DNA from: Ignavibacteria bacterium
GTDB lineage: Bacteria > Elusimicrobiota > Endomicrobiia > PHAN01
Length of the DNA stretch: 22,319 bases
Direction: 5' to 3'
NCBI GenBank assembly: GCA_041694835.1
Contig: JBGFRZ010000006.1
Coordinates: 1 to 22,319 of the forward strand
This document shows positions 1-8,800 of the stretch, in pieces; the stretch's first letter is position 1; every line of letters begins with the position of its first letter. The position numbers were made by a program, and so were the translations under genes. The notes under the pieces were generated by a model. It saw nothing but the letters and a program-made list of their open reading frames with translations. It searched no databases and was not told the DNA's origin.

Positions 1-1036
1 ATCGGTATCCCACTCGTTCCAATATATTGATAGCCGCTGGCTGAAGTCGTCCAACTTCACCGAGTTCGAGTTCATCCGCTCTAAACTTGCCAAACCCGGC
101 AATGATCGGATGAACAGCGGCGCCGGGATTCACCGGGTATTCGTGATTCGACGCACAGAACAGTTCCTGCCCGCGTGTCTCGCTCATCCATTCCAGAAAT
201 CGCAAAGCATTGGATTTATTTTGCGTGTGGGTAGTTATGCCTGCTCCGCTGATGTTGACGTGGACACCGCGTTCTTTCGGTTCTTGATTAGCCCAAAATA
301 TCTTGATGGGAAATGCGGGATTCGCCTGGAGTAGGCGTCCCAGATAATAATGATTGGTGATTGCCACATCGCCGGCGCCAGCCGACAGGCTCTCAAGAAT
401 TTGCGTGTCGCTGTCAATCAATCGCGGTCGGTTTGCCATCCATCCACGCACAATCTCTTCGGCTCGCGCCTCGCCATGTGCGGCGAGCAAACTGGCTACC
501 AGCGACCGGGTATAGGGATGAGTTCCATGCCTCATTATCAACCGTCCCCTCCAACGTGGGTCGGCCAAATCTTCGTATGTCGACAATTTGGCAGGTTCAA
601 CCCTGTCCGGATGGTACATTATTGTACGCATTCGCTTGCTTAGTCCAAACCATCGGCCATCTGGATCGCGTAAATGAGGGGGAATGTTTTGAATGAGAGT
701 AGTGCTTTCAACCGGCTCCAGTAGACCCTCTTGTGCGGCAAGCCATAAGTTGCCGACATCTACCGCAAGAAACACATCAGCAGGTGTGTGTTTTCCTTCC
801 GTCCGAATGCGCTCGCGCAGCACAGCATCAGGCCCGATAATAAATCGAACGCGGATTCCCGTTTCTCTGGTAAACTCCTCAAACACCGGCTCTATCCCAT
901 AGTGACGAGCGCTGTATATATTCACCGCCCCCTTATCGTGTCTAAATGTCAATGTCAGGACACCATACATTAGAGCTGCGCCGGCCAACAGAAACACAAT
1001 TGGAATTAAAGACTCTCTCTTTTTGTGAGCAGACAT
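1..1036 (-). CDS. futA: Fe(III) ABC transporter substrate-binding protein, FutA/FbpA/IdiA family (stop codon lies at or beyond the window edge)
   Basis: Not in the ORF track; translated by hand. ATG at 1036 with SD AGGAGG at 1043-1048. Sequence MSAHKKRESLIPIVFLLAGAALM...VNIYSARHY...FTRETGIRV...EGKHTPADVFLAVDVGNLW...LRDPDGRWFGLSKRMR...TYEDLADPRWRG...GDVAITNHYYLGRL...GVHVNISGAG...NHEYPV...ERVGYR, open for 345 codons. The NHYY tyrosine pair matches the FbpA/FutA iron ligands. Confidence 0.93.
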   Translation of the reverse strand, partial: MSAHKKRESLIPIVFLLAGAALMYGVLTLTFRHDKGAVNIYSARHYGIEPVFEEFTRETGIRVRFIIGPDAVLRERIRTEGKHTPADVFLAVDVGNLWLAAQEGLLEPVESTTLIQNIPPHLRDPDGRWFGLSKRMRTIMYHPDRVEPAKLSTYEDLADPRWRGRLIMRHGTHPYTRSLVASLLAAHGEARAEEIVRGWMANRPRLIDSDTQILESLSAGAGDVAITNHYYLGRLLQANPAFPIKIFWANQEPKERGVHVNISGAGITTHTQNKSNALRFLEWMSETRGQELFCASNHEYPVNPGAAVHPIIAGFGKFRADELELGEVGRLQPAAINILERVGYR

Positions 1037-1060
1037 TTTCAACCTCCTATGATTATTTTA

Positions 1061-1161
1061 GGACGCAAATTTACATGCAACTTGTCCCAATGCTCATCGG
1101 GATTCAATGGATTTCAAAAATATCTGCGTTAATCTTGTCAAATCTGCGTTTATCTGCGTCC
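1061..1161. repeat. REP-like palindromic unit built from ATCTGCGT repeats
   Basis: ATCTGCGT at 1122, 1142 and 1152. GGACGCA (1061-1067) is the reverse complement of TGCGTCC (1155-1161). Related to the units at 19919-20074. Confidence 0.55.
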
Positions 1162-1195
1162 CATTTAATATATCATCTCCTTCTGGCAGCCAAAA

Positions 1196-3301
1196 TTAGA
1201 AAGTGTACTTTATGCCGCTCTGGACCAGTCGCGGAATACTGGTCTGGATTCCACGGGTGCGGTCCACAATATATGTAGCGTCCGCAAGGTTTTTGACCGT
1301 GAGGAACAGCGTGGGTTCAATGGGCTTGATGGTGTAGTTGAGCGTAACATTCCAAATGACCTGCACGGGGATGGTGCCGCTTTGTCCGTCTGGCGTTGTA
1401 ACCCTGGTGTTTGAAAAGTTGGCAAACTGTTCGCCAACATAAACGGATTCTATCTGTCCGTCAAAACCTCCAAGAACGATTCCGAGCGCAGTATTGAACT
1501 TATGTTGGGGCGCATAAGGTTGACGATTTCCGGCTACGCTTCCGGGCGTCACCGCTCCGCCTACGACTTGGCGGAAAGGAGTTGTTTGTTCTGCAGTGGG
1601 TAGCCATGTGTAAGTCCCGCGTGCATAGATTCCGGTCCCGTGCTGGTAATTTCCAGAAAATTCCACACCTTGGAATAATGCCTCGCCTTCAGCCAAAGGA
1701 ATGGTACCGCCTGCAATGGAACCAACCGCAATCAACCGTCTGAAATCATTGCGGAAATAAGAGACCTGAATAGAACTGCCTTCTGTAGGACGGGCGCGAA
1801 TTCCGAGTTCAAAGTTGAAGGAATCTTCCGGGCCCACTTCCGTAGATACGCCCGTTCCTCCAATGACGTCTTCCGTGCGTGGTGGAGCAAAACCGCGATG
1901 GACCCCGCTAAACAGCGCAATTTGTTCAACCGGCTTCCAGTTCATACCGATACTTGGTATCCAAACGGTCATTAGGTCTGAACCAACCTGATTAGGATTA
2001 GTCAGCAAGTTGCTGCGCCAGGAGTTGAAGTGTTCAAGCCGAATCGCGGGCGTGACAGAAATTTGTCCGAGAATGAATTTGTTGGCAAGGAATGTGGAGT
2101 AAGCTTCGGTTTTACGCAGGTTGTGTTCTACAGCGGTTCCGGAACGAGCAGTCGGACTGCTTCCGTTTAGTTGCAGACGCTCCTGTCCTTCCAGGTGAAT
2201 TTTGACTCCGGTTTCCAATTCGTTTTTTATCTCGCCCAGGTCAAAAGCGAACTTGAGTCGCGGTTCGAGTCCTCCTGTGAGATAATTGCGCAACCGTCCC
2301 TGGTTAGAGTGAATCGTATCCACGTTAATTGATTCGCCGCGCAGTCGGGCATTTCTAATAACATCTCCCCCGGGTTGACCGCCACCGGTCGTGCTGGATT
2401 GCCGCCACCAATCGCGCCGGTAATAGGACAGGTAGAAGTTGGTCGTCAATGTGGCATTCCCGCGGAAAATTTCGTGGGTCAGGGACGACCCGATTCGGTA
2501 GTTATCAAACGCATCGTGCTTGAAAGGATTATAGCGAGGACCGAAGTTTATGAGTTCAGCTTCAGTTAAACCCGAGTAAGTCACTATGGAGTTCTCCTGA
2601 TAGTAGTTGGAACGTAGAGTGAGGGCTTGCTCCTCTCCCAGTTGCGACACCAATTTGAAATTCAAATCGTGCAAGATGGAGTGAGTGTTTTCGCGTGCTC
2701 CGTCGCCTTGCTTGCGTGTCATATCCAGTAATACGTTACCGCCGCCTATCCTGAGTTTGCCGCTGAAGTAACCAAGATTGCCGCCGCTGGCGGCAAATGA
2801 CCCGCCAAACTGCCGGGGCGGGGTGGCTGTGATATAGTTAATCACACCGCCAATGGTCTGTGGTCCGAAGATGTTCTGACCAGCACCCTTGAGCACCTCT
2901 ACGCGCTCGAAGCGGTCAATGAGCGGATGGTAGTAGCTCGCGTTGTCGCCGTAGGGGGAGTAGACAAGCGGGATGCCGTCCTCAAGGAGCGTCACTTTTG
3001 TTGAGCGCGTGGGATTAAGTCCGCGAATGCCGACATTTGGGCGCAGACCGAAGCCCTCCTCGTCGCGCACGTGGACGCCCGGGACCTTGCGCAGCGCTTC
3101 GTTGATGGTGAAGACGCGACTTGCTTCGAGTTCCTGCCTGTCAAGAATATGTCCCGAGCCAGGGATATGCTCCAGATTCTCGGCGGTGCCTATTATGTCC
3201 ACGCGCGGCATGACCACGTCTGCCACAATTGGCTCATCTTCTGCAAAAACGAGCGACGACATTACAACTAACATCATACAAAAAACTGTAAATCCTTTCA
3301 T
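1196..3301 (-). CDS. TonB-dependent receptor, FecA-like ferric iron/ferric-citrate type
   Basis: Signal peptide MKGFTVFCMMLVVMSSLVFA. Plug motifs EEGFGLRPNVGIRGLNPTRSTKVTLLEDGIP, ERVEVLKG, GPQTIGGVINYIT. C-terminal beta-signal GIKYTF. Likely start 3301 after GGAGG; an in-frame ATG at 3349 also has an SD. Confidence 0.9.
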   Translation of the reverse strand: MKGFTVFCMMLVVMSSLVFAEDEPIVADVVMPRVDIIGTAENLEHIPGSGHILDRQELEASRVFTINEALRKVPGVHVRDEEGFGLRPNVGIRGLNPTRSTKVTLLEDGIPLVYSPYGDNASYYHPLIDRFERVEVLKGAGQNIFGPQTIGGVINYITATPPRQFGGSFAASGGNLGYFSGKLRIGGGNVLLDMTRKQGDGARENTHSILHDLNFKLVSQLGEEQALTLRSNYYQENSIVTYSGLTEAELINFGPRYNPFKHDAFDNYRIGSSLTHEIFRGNATLTTNFYLSYYRRDWWRQSSTTGGGQPGGDVIRNARLRGESINVDTIHSNQGRLRNYLTGGLEPRLKFAFDLGEIKNELETGVKIHLEGQERLQLNGSSPTARSGTAVEHNLRKTEAYSTFLANKFILGQISVTPAIRLEHFNSWRSNLLTNPNQVGSDLMTVWIPSIGMNWKPVEQIALFSGVHRGFAPPRTEDVIGGTGVSTEVGPEDSFNFELGIRARPTEGSSIQVSYFRNDFRRLIAVGSIAGGTIPLAEGEALFQGVEFSGNYQHGTGIYARGTYTWLPTAEQTTPFRQVVGGAVTPGSVAGNRQPYAPQHKFNTALGIVLGGFDGQIESVYVGEQFANFSNTRVTTPDGQSGTIPVQVIWNVTLNYTIKPIEPTLFLTVKNLADATYIVDRTRGIQTSIPRLVQSGIKYTF

Positions 3302-3362
3302 CTTTAATACCTCCTTTTTAATACCTCCATTCTCCTTTAATACCTTCATCTTTAATACCTCC
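3297..3362 (-). repeat. Four-copy repeat of an SD-containing motif
   Basis: TTTAATACCT (+ strand) at 3303, 3317, 3336 and 3351. The 18-mer TTCATCTTTAATACCTCC (minus strand GGAGGTATTAAAGATGAA) is exact at 3297-3314 and 3345-3362. Confidence 0.85.
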
Positions 3363-3375
3363 CAATTAAATTTTC

Positions 3376-3465
3376 ACTACACACCCACAGGGCTGTAGCG
3401 CAAGGGCTGCCAAAGGCAGCCTATAGGATTCGGAATCCTCTATGGAGTCGGCGCTCGGAGCGCTC
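3376..3465 (-). promoter_or_regulatory. Array of four short hairpins (candidate structured mRNA leader)
   Basis: Minus strand: GCGCT-CCG-AGCGC; AGGATT-CCG-AATCCT; GGCTGCC-TTT-GGCAGCC; CTACA-GCCC-TGT-GGGT-G-TGTAG. Confidence 0.5.
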
Positions 3466-3474
3466 ATGAAAATG

Positions 3475-3597
3475 TTAACCGCGTCTCACCTCCTTTCTAA
3501 ATTTTTGTATATGCCCGCATTTAGGGCATTTAATCTCAACTAACTGTGTTTCATCTCCTCTCTGATTTTGGCAACTACTTTACCATCTAATCGTTTT
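3475..3597 (-). pseudogene. Degraded Com-like (Mu Com family) zinc-ribbon gene
   Basis: After the receptor stop, the same frame reads ...RGDETQLVEIKCPKCGHIQKFRKEVRRG*. A shifted frame gives GKVVAKIR, and the receptor tail supplies KTIR. Together these fit the Com-like pattern IRC..CGK..AK...EIKCP.CG, with the first CxxC lost and no start codon. Confidence 0.55.
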
Positions 3598-5580
3598 AGG
3601 TAAGCCCACAACAATGTTCCTCCCCGGCGTACTTAAAACTGAAAGATGCTCGCGATAACTCTTATCAAAGATGTTCTCAACCCCAAAGGTAAGTTTTGCG
3701 CCTTTAATTCCCGGAATAGGCAAACCGGTTTTTATATCCCAAACTGCATAGCCATCAGTAGCACTGGTGCCTGAGGGAACTCTTCTCTGCTCATCTACTA
3801 TCCTACCTGAAAATACTGTCCAGAATCTGTCTTCGGGGTCAACATAGCGTAAGCCCAACACCAGAGTGTCCGGTGGAATACTAGCAAGCGGAACATTAGC
3901 GGTCAGGTTATCTCCTATAAGATAATCATAAGTAGCAAATGTAGAGAGTCCTTTGCCAATATCAAACTCTACACTATTCTCAAGGCCATAGATTCTGGCT
4001 CCACCGATGTTATTTGCTCTTGTAGTAGTACGTGTTACTATTGTCTCAATAAAATCATCTGCCTCTAACCAGAACACTGAGCTATCAAACCTAAGTCTTC
4101 CAAAATTAGACTTTAGTCCTACTTCATAATTTATACTTTTTTCTGGTCGAAGGTCAGGATTTGGCACAAAGGTGTTCCCAGGGAAATGCGTACCAGTAGC
4201 GAATAATTCGGTTGGCCTTGGAGAGCGAAATCCCCAGCCGATATTGCCAAATAAATTGATTGCCTCGGTCAATTTATAGGTTGCCCCTATTTTCGGGCTA
4301 ACACGGCTATCTTTTTCATCGGGTCTGCCTGTAGTTGCTGCCTTAAAGAAATTGTAGCGTAAACCAGGTATAAGCGTAAGTCCCTCAAAAAGATCTAATT
4401 CATTCTGCAAAAATATTCCTATCCCCTGAACTGTGCTGTCAGGTATACCGCCAATACCGGTAGTGCCGGTAGTTGTTCTTCTTCGGCTTACAGTCTTGTC
4501 TTCGTAGGACTCAACACCATAGGTTAAGCTATTCCCTATTCCTTTGAAATTAAACTTATTATTTGCTCTTATTTCAAATCCAAAGGTATCAAAGTCACGC
4601 GTATCTTCACGCAAACTCCCAGTAAGAGCATTCTCAAAGATTTCTGACAGATGCCAATAAATATTAGTGTGCAGAGATGGCAGGATACCGTCATCCGACT
4701 TATAGTCATAAACAACATTAAATAATTGGCGTTCAGTATCCCTGTCAACTAAAGGATTACCGCGGCCAACACTGGTTTCAGCATTTGCAGGAACCTTGGC
4801 GCCATCTTTGAAGAATTGCGCGTTAAACTTAAGGTCGCTATTTTCAGTGGGATGAAAGATTACTTTACCTATGACATTATTGCCAAAACTTGAAGAGTAA
4901 GGAATCGAGCTGGTGGGAGTTTTAAAATCCCTGGAATCCCAGTAGGTAAATCCAGCCATAAATTCAACCCGGTCTAATGGCCTGCTAAAAACTTGCATAT
5001 TTCCTCTGTATTGGGTATTCACAGAGTCATATTGGCCTTTTAGGTCAAGGCCGTATTTTTCACCGGGTTTAAGTTTATCCTTAGGTTCCTTGGTGAACAC
5101 CTGAATCACTCCTCCTATAGCATCTGAGCCATATAACGCAGATGCCGGGCCGCGAATTACCTCTACCCTCTCTATATCCTCCACATCTATAAAGAGCCTA
5201 CCTTTATGGCCAGGAATAAAGTTATGGCGCGTCCCATCAATCTTCAACAAAACCCTTGCTCCAGACAAACCCCGGATATTAGGGCCTTCTGCCTGCAAAG
5301 CCCGAGGCCCTCCAGATATTTCAATGCCTAGCTCATCGCGTAATAGATCTCCTAAGTTTGTAGCTGCTTTTTGCCCAATCTCTTCAGATGTAATGACACT
5401 CACTGAAGCAGGAACATCCTTGACTTCTTTCTCTGTTTTAGTGGCAGTTACTATGACTTCTTCTAAACGATACTTCCCCCTTTCTTCAGCCCTTACTTCT
5501 TTAATCCCAAGGATGCAAACTACACTCATCACTATTACCAGAAACAAATTTACCGACTTACATCCAGATAAAAACTTCAT
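3580..5580 (-). CDS. TonB-dependent heme/hemoglobin receptor (HemR/HmuR/ShuA-like)
   Basis: Signal peptide, TonB box LEEVIVTA, plug motif IERVEVIRGPASALYGSDAIGGVI and plug His (FIPGHKG). FRAP/NPNL-type motifs GFRSP...GTHF...PNPDLRPE with an intervening His. SD GGGAGGG at 5588-5594. Confidence 0.85.
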   Translation of the reverse strand: MKFLSGCKSVNLFLVIVMSVVCILGIKEVRAEERGKYRLEEVIVTATKTEKEVKDVPASVSVITSEEIGQKAATNLGDLLRDELGIEISGGPRALQAEGPNIRGLSGARVLLKIDGTRHNFIPGHKGRLFIDVEDIERVEVIRGPASALYGSDAIGGVIQVFTKEPKDKLKPGEKYGLDLKGQYDSVNTQYRGNMQVFSRPLDRVEFMAGFTYWDSRDFKTPTSSIPYSSSFGNNVIGKVIFHPTENSDLKFNAQFFKDGAKVPANAETSVGRGNPLVDRDTERQLFNVVYDYKSDDGILPSLHTNIYWHLSEIFENALTGSLREDTRDFDTFGFEIRANNKFNFKGIGNSLTYGVESYEDKTVSRRRTTTGTTGIGGIPDSTVQGIGIFLQNELDLFEGLTLIPGLRYNFFKAATTGRPDEKDSRVSPKIGATYKLTEAINLFGNIGWGFRSPRPTELFATGTHFPGNTFVPNPDLRPEKSINYEVGLKSNFGRLRFDSSVFWLEADDFIETIVTRTTTRANNIGGARIYGLENSVEFDIGKGLSTFATYDYLIGDNLTANVPLASIPPDTLVLGLRYVDPEDRFWTVFSGRIVDEQRRVPSGTSATDGYAVWDIKTGLPIPGIKGAKLTFGVENIFDKSYREHLSVLSTPGRNIVVGLPKTIRW

Positions 5581-5602
5581 TGTAATACCCTCCCTTTTCT
5601 CT

Positions 5603-5627
5603 GCCTACCTCTGGTTGTCCAGTCGGC
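5603..5627 (-). promoter_or_regulatory. Small hairpin between the YezD-like gene and the heme receptor RBS
   Basis: Minus strand GCC-GA-CTGG-ACAA-CCAG-A-GGT-AGGC: a 4-bp stem, a purine internal loop and a closing stem, ending about 8 nt before the SD. Confidence 0.4.
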
Positions 5628-5629
5628 TA

Positions 5630-5818
5630 TTAGCAAATATTATCTTTTAGCTCTGCTCGTGCAGTGGCTACTTTAAAACGCTTCTTCCTCTTCTGTTCAA
5701 TTTCTACTACCTTTCCATCATGTATAGTTATCATCACCTCCCCGTATTTTATTTGCTGGATAGCCTTAATTATTTCCTCTAAAATTTCCTGGTCTATGTC
5801 TGTTTTCTGGTTCGTCAT
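5630..5818 (-). CDS. YezD/DUF2292-family small protein (62 aa)
   Basis: MTNQKTDIDQEILEEIIKAIQQIKYGEVMITIHDGKVVEIEQKRKKRF matches the DUF2292 signature (YG.V.I..HDG.VVQIE). The ATG lies 1 nt after the CobN-like stop (TAA-A-ATG), suggesting translational coupling. Confidence 0.8.
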   Translation of the reverse strand: MTNQKTDIDQEILEEIIKAIQQIKYGEVMITIHDGKVVEIEQKRKKRFKVATARAELKDNIC

Positions 5819-5819
5819 T

Positions 5820-8800
5820 TTAAGCTTTTTTATGAAATCCATGCCACACCAGTAAAAACGCACCCAAGAGCACAAGAAATCCTAACAAAGAAAAACCGAT
5901 TACCTTTCCTTCTTCTTTTACCCACTCCTTCTGGCTTTTTTCCATCTTGTGTCCTGAAACTTCACCCGGTTTAGATACTGGTTCCTTTACCTTATTCAAA
6001 CTGGCAAGATATGAATTAAACAACTTAATCCCCACTAAGTTTCCGGGGGCATTAAGATTTTCTTTTACATACTCATTTAAGGCAATATTGGCGCAGACGC
6101 GCTCGCTGCAAGCAGCACCATGGTCTGCAATTGAGCGGGCATATATATTCACCAATTCTTTCAAATATTCCTCGGATACTTTCCAATACCCTTTTCTGGC
6201 TGACTCAAGCATTAAGCTAACCATATTTTGAAAGCTATGGGGATTTTCTTTATCAAACCATTTTGGCAAGCCCAACTTATATTTATCTTCAATATATATT
6301 CTAAAGGTCTCATCCCAGATGTAGTCCTTTACTATTTCAGGCTTGGTTACCTGCCAGCCAAAGAGATTCTTAGTCATCTCAGTTATTTCGCCTGCGCCTG
6401 AGAAATTATGCTTCTTCATTCCCTTTATCCATTTAGGGTTAAAGAAACGCGCTCTTGCCTCCTGCATTAAAGCTTCCTGGACATCCTGCATGTAGATATT
6501 GGAAATATTGCGCACATCGGCAAAATACCCTTTGGGGTCTTTGCCCGTAATATTACGAATAGCCATTGTCATCCCACCCATATATTCAAATACATGGTCA
6601 AGGCTCATCGGGCCATAAAGATTTGAAGACCGACTGTGAATAACTATCTCTGTATTGTTTAGCCCAGCTTCATACAAACCTTTAACGAACTGACCCCACT
6701 TGCCTTGCGTAAATACTGCACCTGTGCGGCTTAGGTAACCATCTGATAATTCTTTGGTATCCTTCCAATCGCCTGATTTATCCGCAATCGCACCCACTAA
6801 ACCCGTGCCATACATCCCAGAAGGGGCTCCAAATATCCTTGCCTTGGATAATTCCTTGGCCTCTTTGGGAGAAAATCCTTTTTGCTTCAATTCCTCTTCC
6901 ATCTTGAGGGTATTTTCAAAGACATAATTATCTTTATCCTTTGCCTCAGAGGCCAGTCTTACCGCCTTATCTATAAGCTCCATCCTACAAGGAAATATAT
7001 CTCTATACTGTCCAGAGGCCTGAATAACCACATCAATGCGTGGCCGCTTTAATTCTTCTTGAGGAATCAACTCCACATCCTCAACATTATTTCTGCTTGA
7101 CCAGAGCGGTCGTACACCTAAAAGATAGAGTATCTGAGATTCGGTTACACCAAGATGCCGAACAGTTTCTGTGCTCCAGAGATTAAAACCTATCTTTTTG
7201 GGATATCTGCCGGTTTCGCCAACCGCCTTGGCCAGCAAAGAATCCACCAATCTTATACCCATCTCCCAGGCCACCTTTGTGGGCACCTCATCAGGATTTA
7301 CACCATATAAATTCTTTCCTGTGGGCAAGGCATCGGGATTGCGCACCGGATCGCCTCCTGTGCCAGGCAAGATATATCCACCCTCTAAGGCCTTCAGGAC
7401 ACTATCTATTTCTCCAGAGGAGGCTTGATACCTATTTAAATAATCTTTTGCTTGGGATAAACTTTTCAGTAATTCCGGCGTAGCCCTGAATGCCTCTTCA
7501 TTTAAAGATTCTTCCGCAGTTTTTCCTGCAATAAGAAGGTGAGTCAATATGTCTTCTGCCTGCTCCAGTAATTCATGTCCGTGCTCATGTCCGTGCTCAT
7601 GTCCATACCACTGGCCTTCTCTTTTTGCATTAGTTAGCTCTTTGATAAATTTTTCACCTAACATTCCTAGGATAACCGGGATTAACTCCTCTGTTGCCGG
7701 CACTTCTCCATGAATATGCAGACCCTTAGGAATTTTCTCGGCTTCTAATCTATGAATATAATTATCCAGATTCTTTATTTCTTCATCGCTAAGATTGCGA
7801 TTTTCTAGGCCTGCAATTTTTAAATCTATATCCAGTTTCATTTTTTTAACGAAATTGGTAATTACTTTCTGGTAAGCGGATTTAAAAGCATCTTCTGCCT
7901 CCTCATATTTATACATCGTATCATGCAGGGTCTTAAAATCGCCATAAAGCTCTGAGGCTACTATCGGCGGTGTTAGGTGGCTGATTATCACCGCGTAACT
8001 GCGCCTCTTTGCAATCAAGGCTTCGCCTACATTACCGATAGTGTAAACATAAATATTGGAAATATCACCTATGAGAATATCGCTCCAACACTCTCCTGAA
8101 AGTCCAACCTGTTTGCCGGGCAAAAATTCCAATGTTCCGTGAGTGCCATAATGAATAACTGCGTCTGCCTTAAATTTTTTCTCTAACCAGAAATACGCCG
8201 CCAGATATTGATAAGGCGGTGGCACCTCGTCGCTATGTATTAAGGTATCATCCTGGTCTCTCCCTCTTTGCGGCTGGGGCAATAAGAGGACATTTCCTAA
8301 GCTTACCTTGGGTATGATGAAATATTTTTTGCCCTCTATTTCATAAACCATTTGTTCACCCGGAGGCTCTCCAAAGGCCTTTAGTAACTTTTCTTTATTC
8401 TCTAAAGAGATTTTCTCATCTAACCACTGCTTAAATTCATCCGCGTCAACCAGCTCTACCTTGCCTTCTTTAACCAGAGAATCCAACTCGCCCTTAGCCC
8501 AGGTGCCGATATTTCTGCCTGACGACTCTAAATTCTTCAATAATTCTTCAGGTATAGGTACATTTTCTATTGAGTAGCCTTCTTTTTTCATCCGTATTAA
8601 AAGATTGGTCATACTCGGCGCAAAATCGAGACCTGCTCCGCCAAAATCTCCTCTTCCCGGAGCCTTAAAATAGATAATAGCCACCTTCTTATCTTGATTA
8701 GGCATCTTACGCAGGCTACACCAGGCCAAGGTCCTATTTACTAATTTTTCAACTCTTTCAGCAATAGGCATACGCACTTTATACCCTTGGGCACCATCTT

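Noticed and set aside
110-1278. Seven short ORFs in the track (six plus-strand, one minus-strand)
   Set aside because: Shadow frames of the futA gene and the receptor end; no recognisable motifs.
5819-5875. 81-aa version of the YezD-like ORF
   Set aside because: The extension overlaps the CobN-like C-terminus; ATG 5818 fits the family length and coupling.
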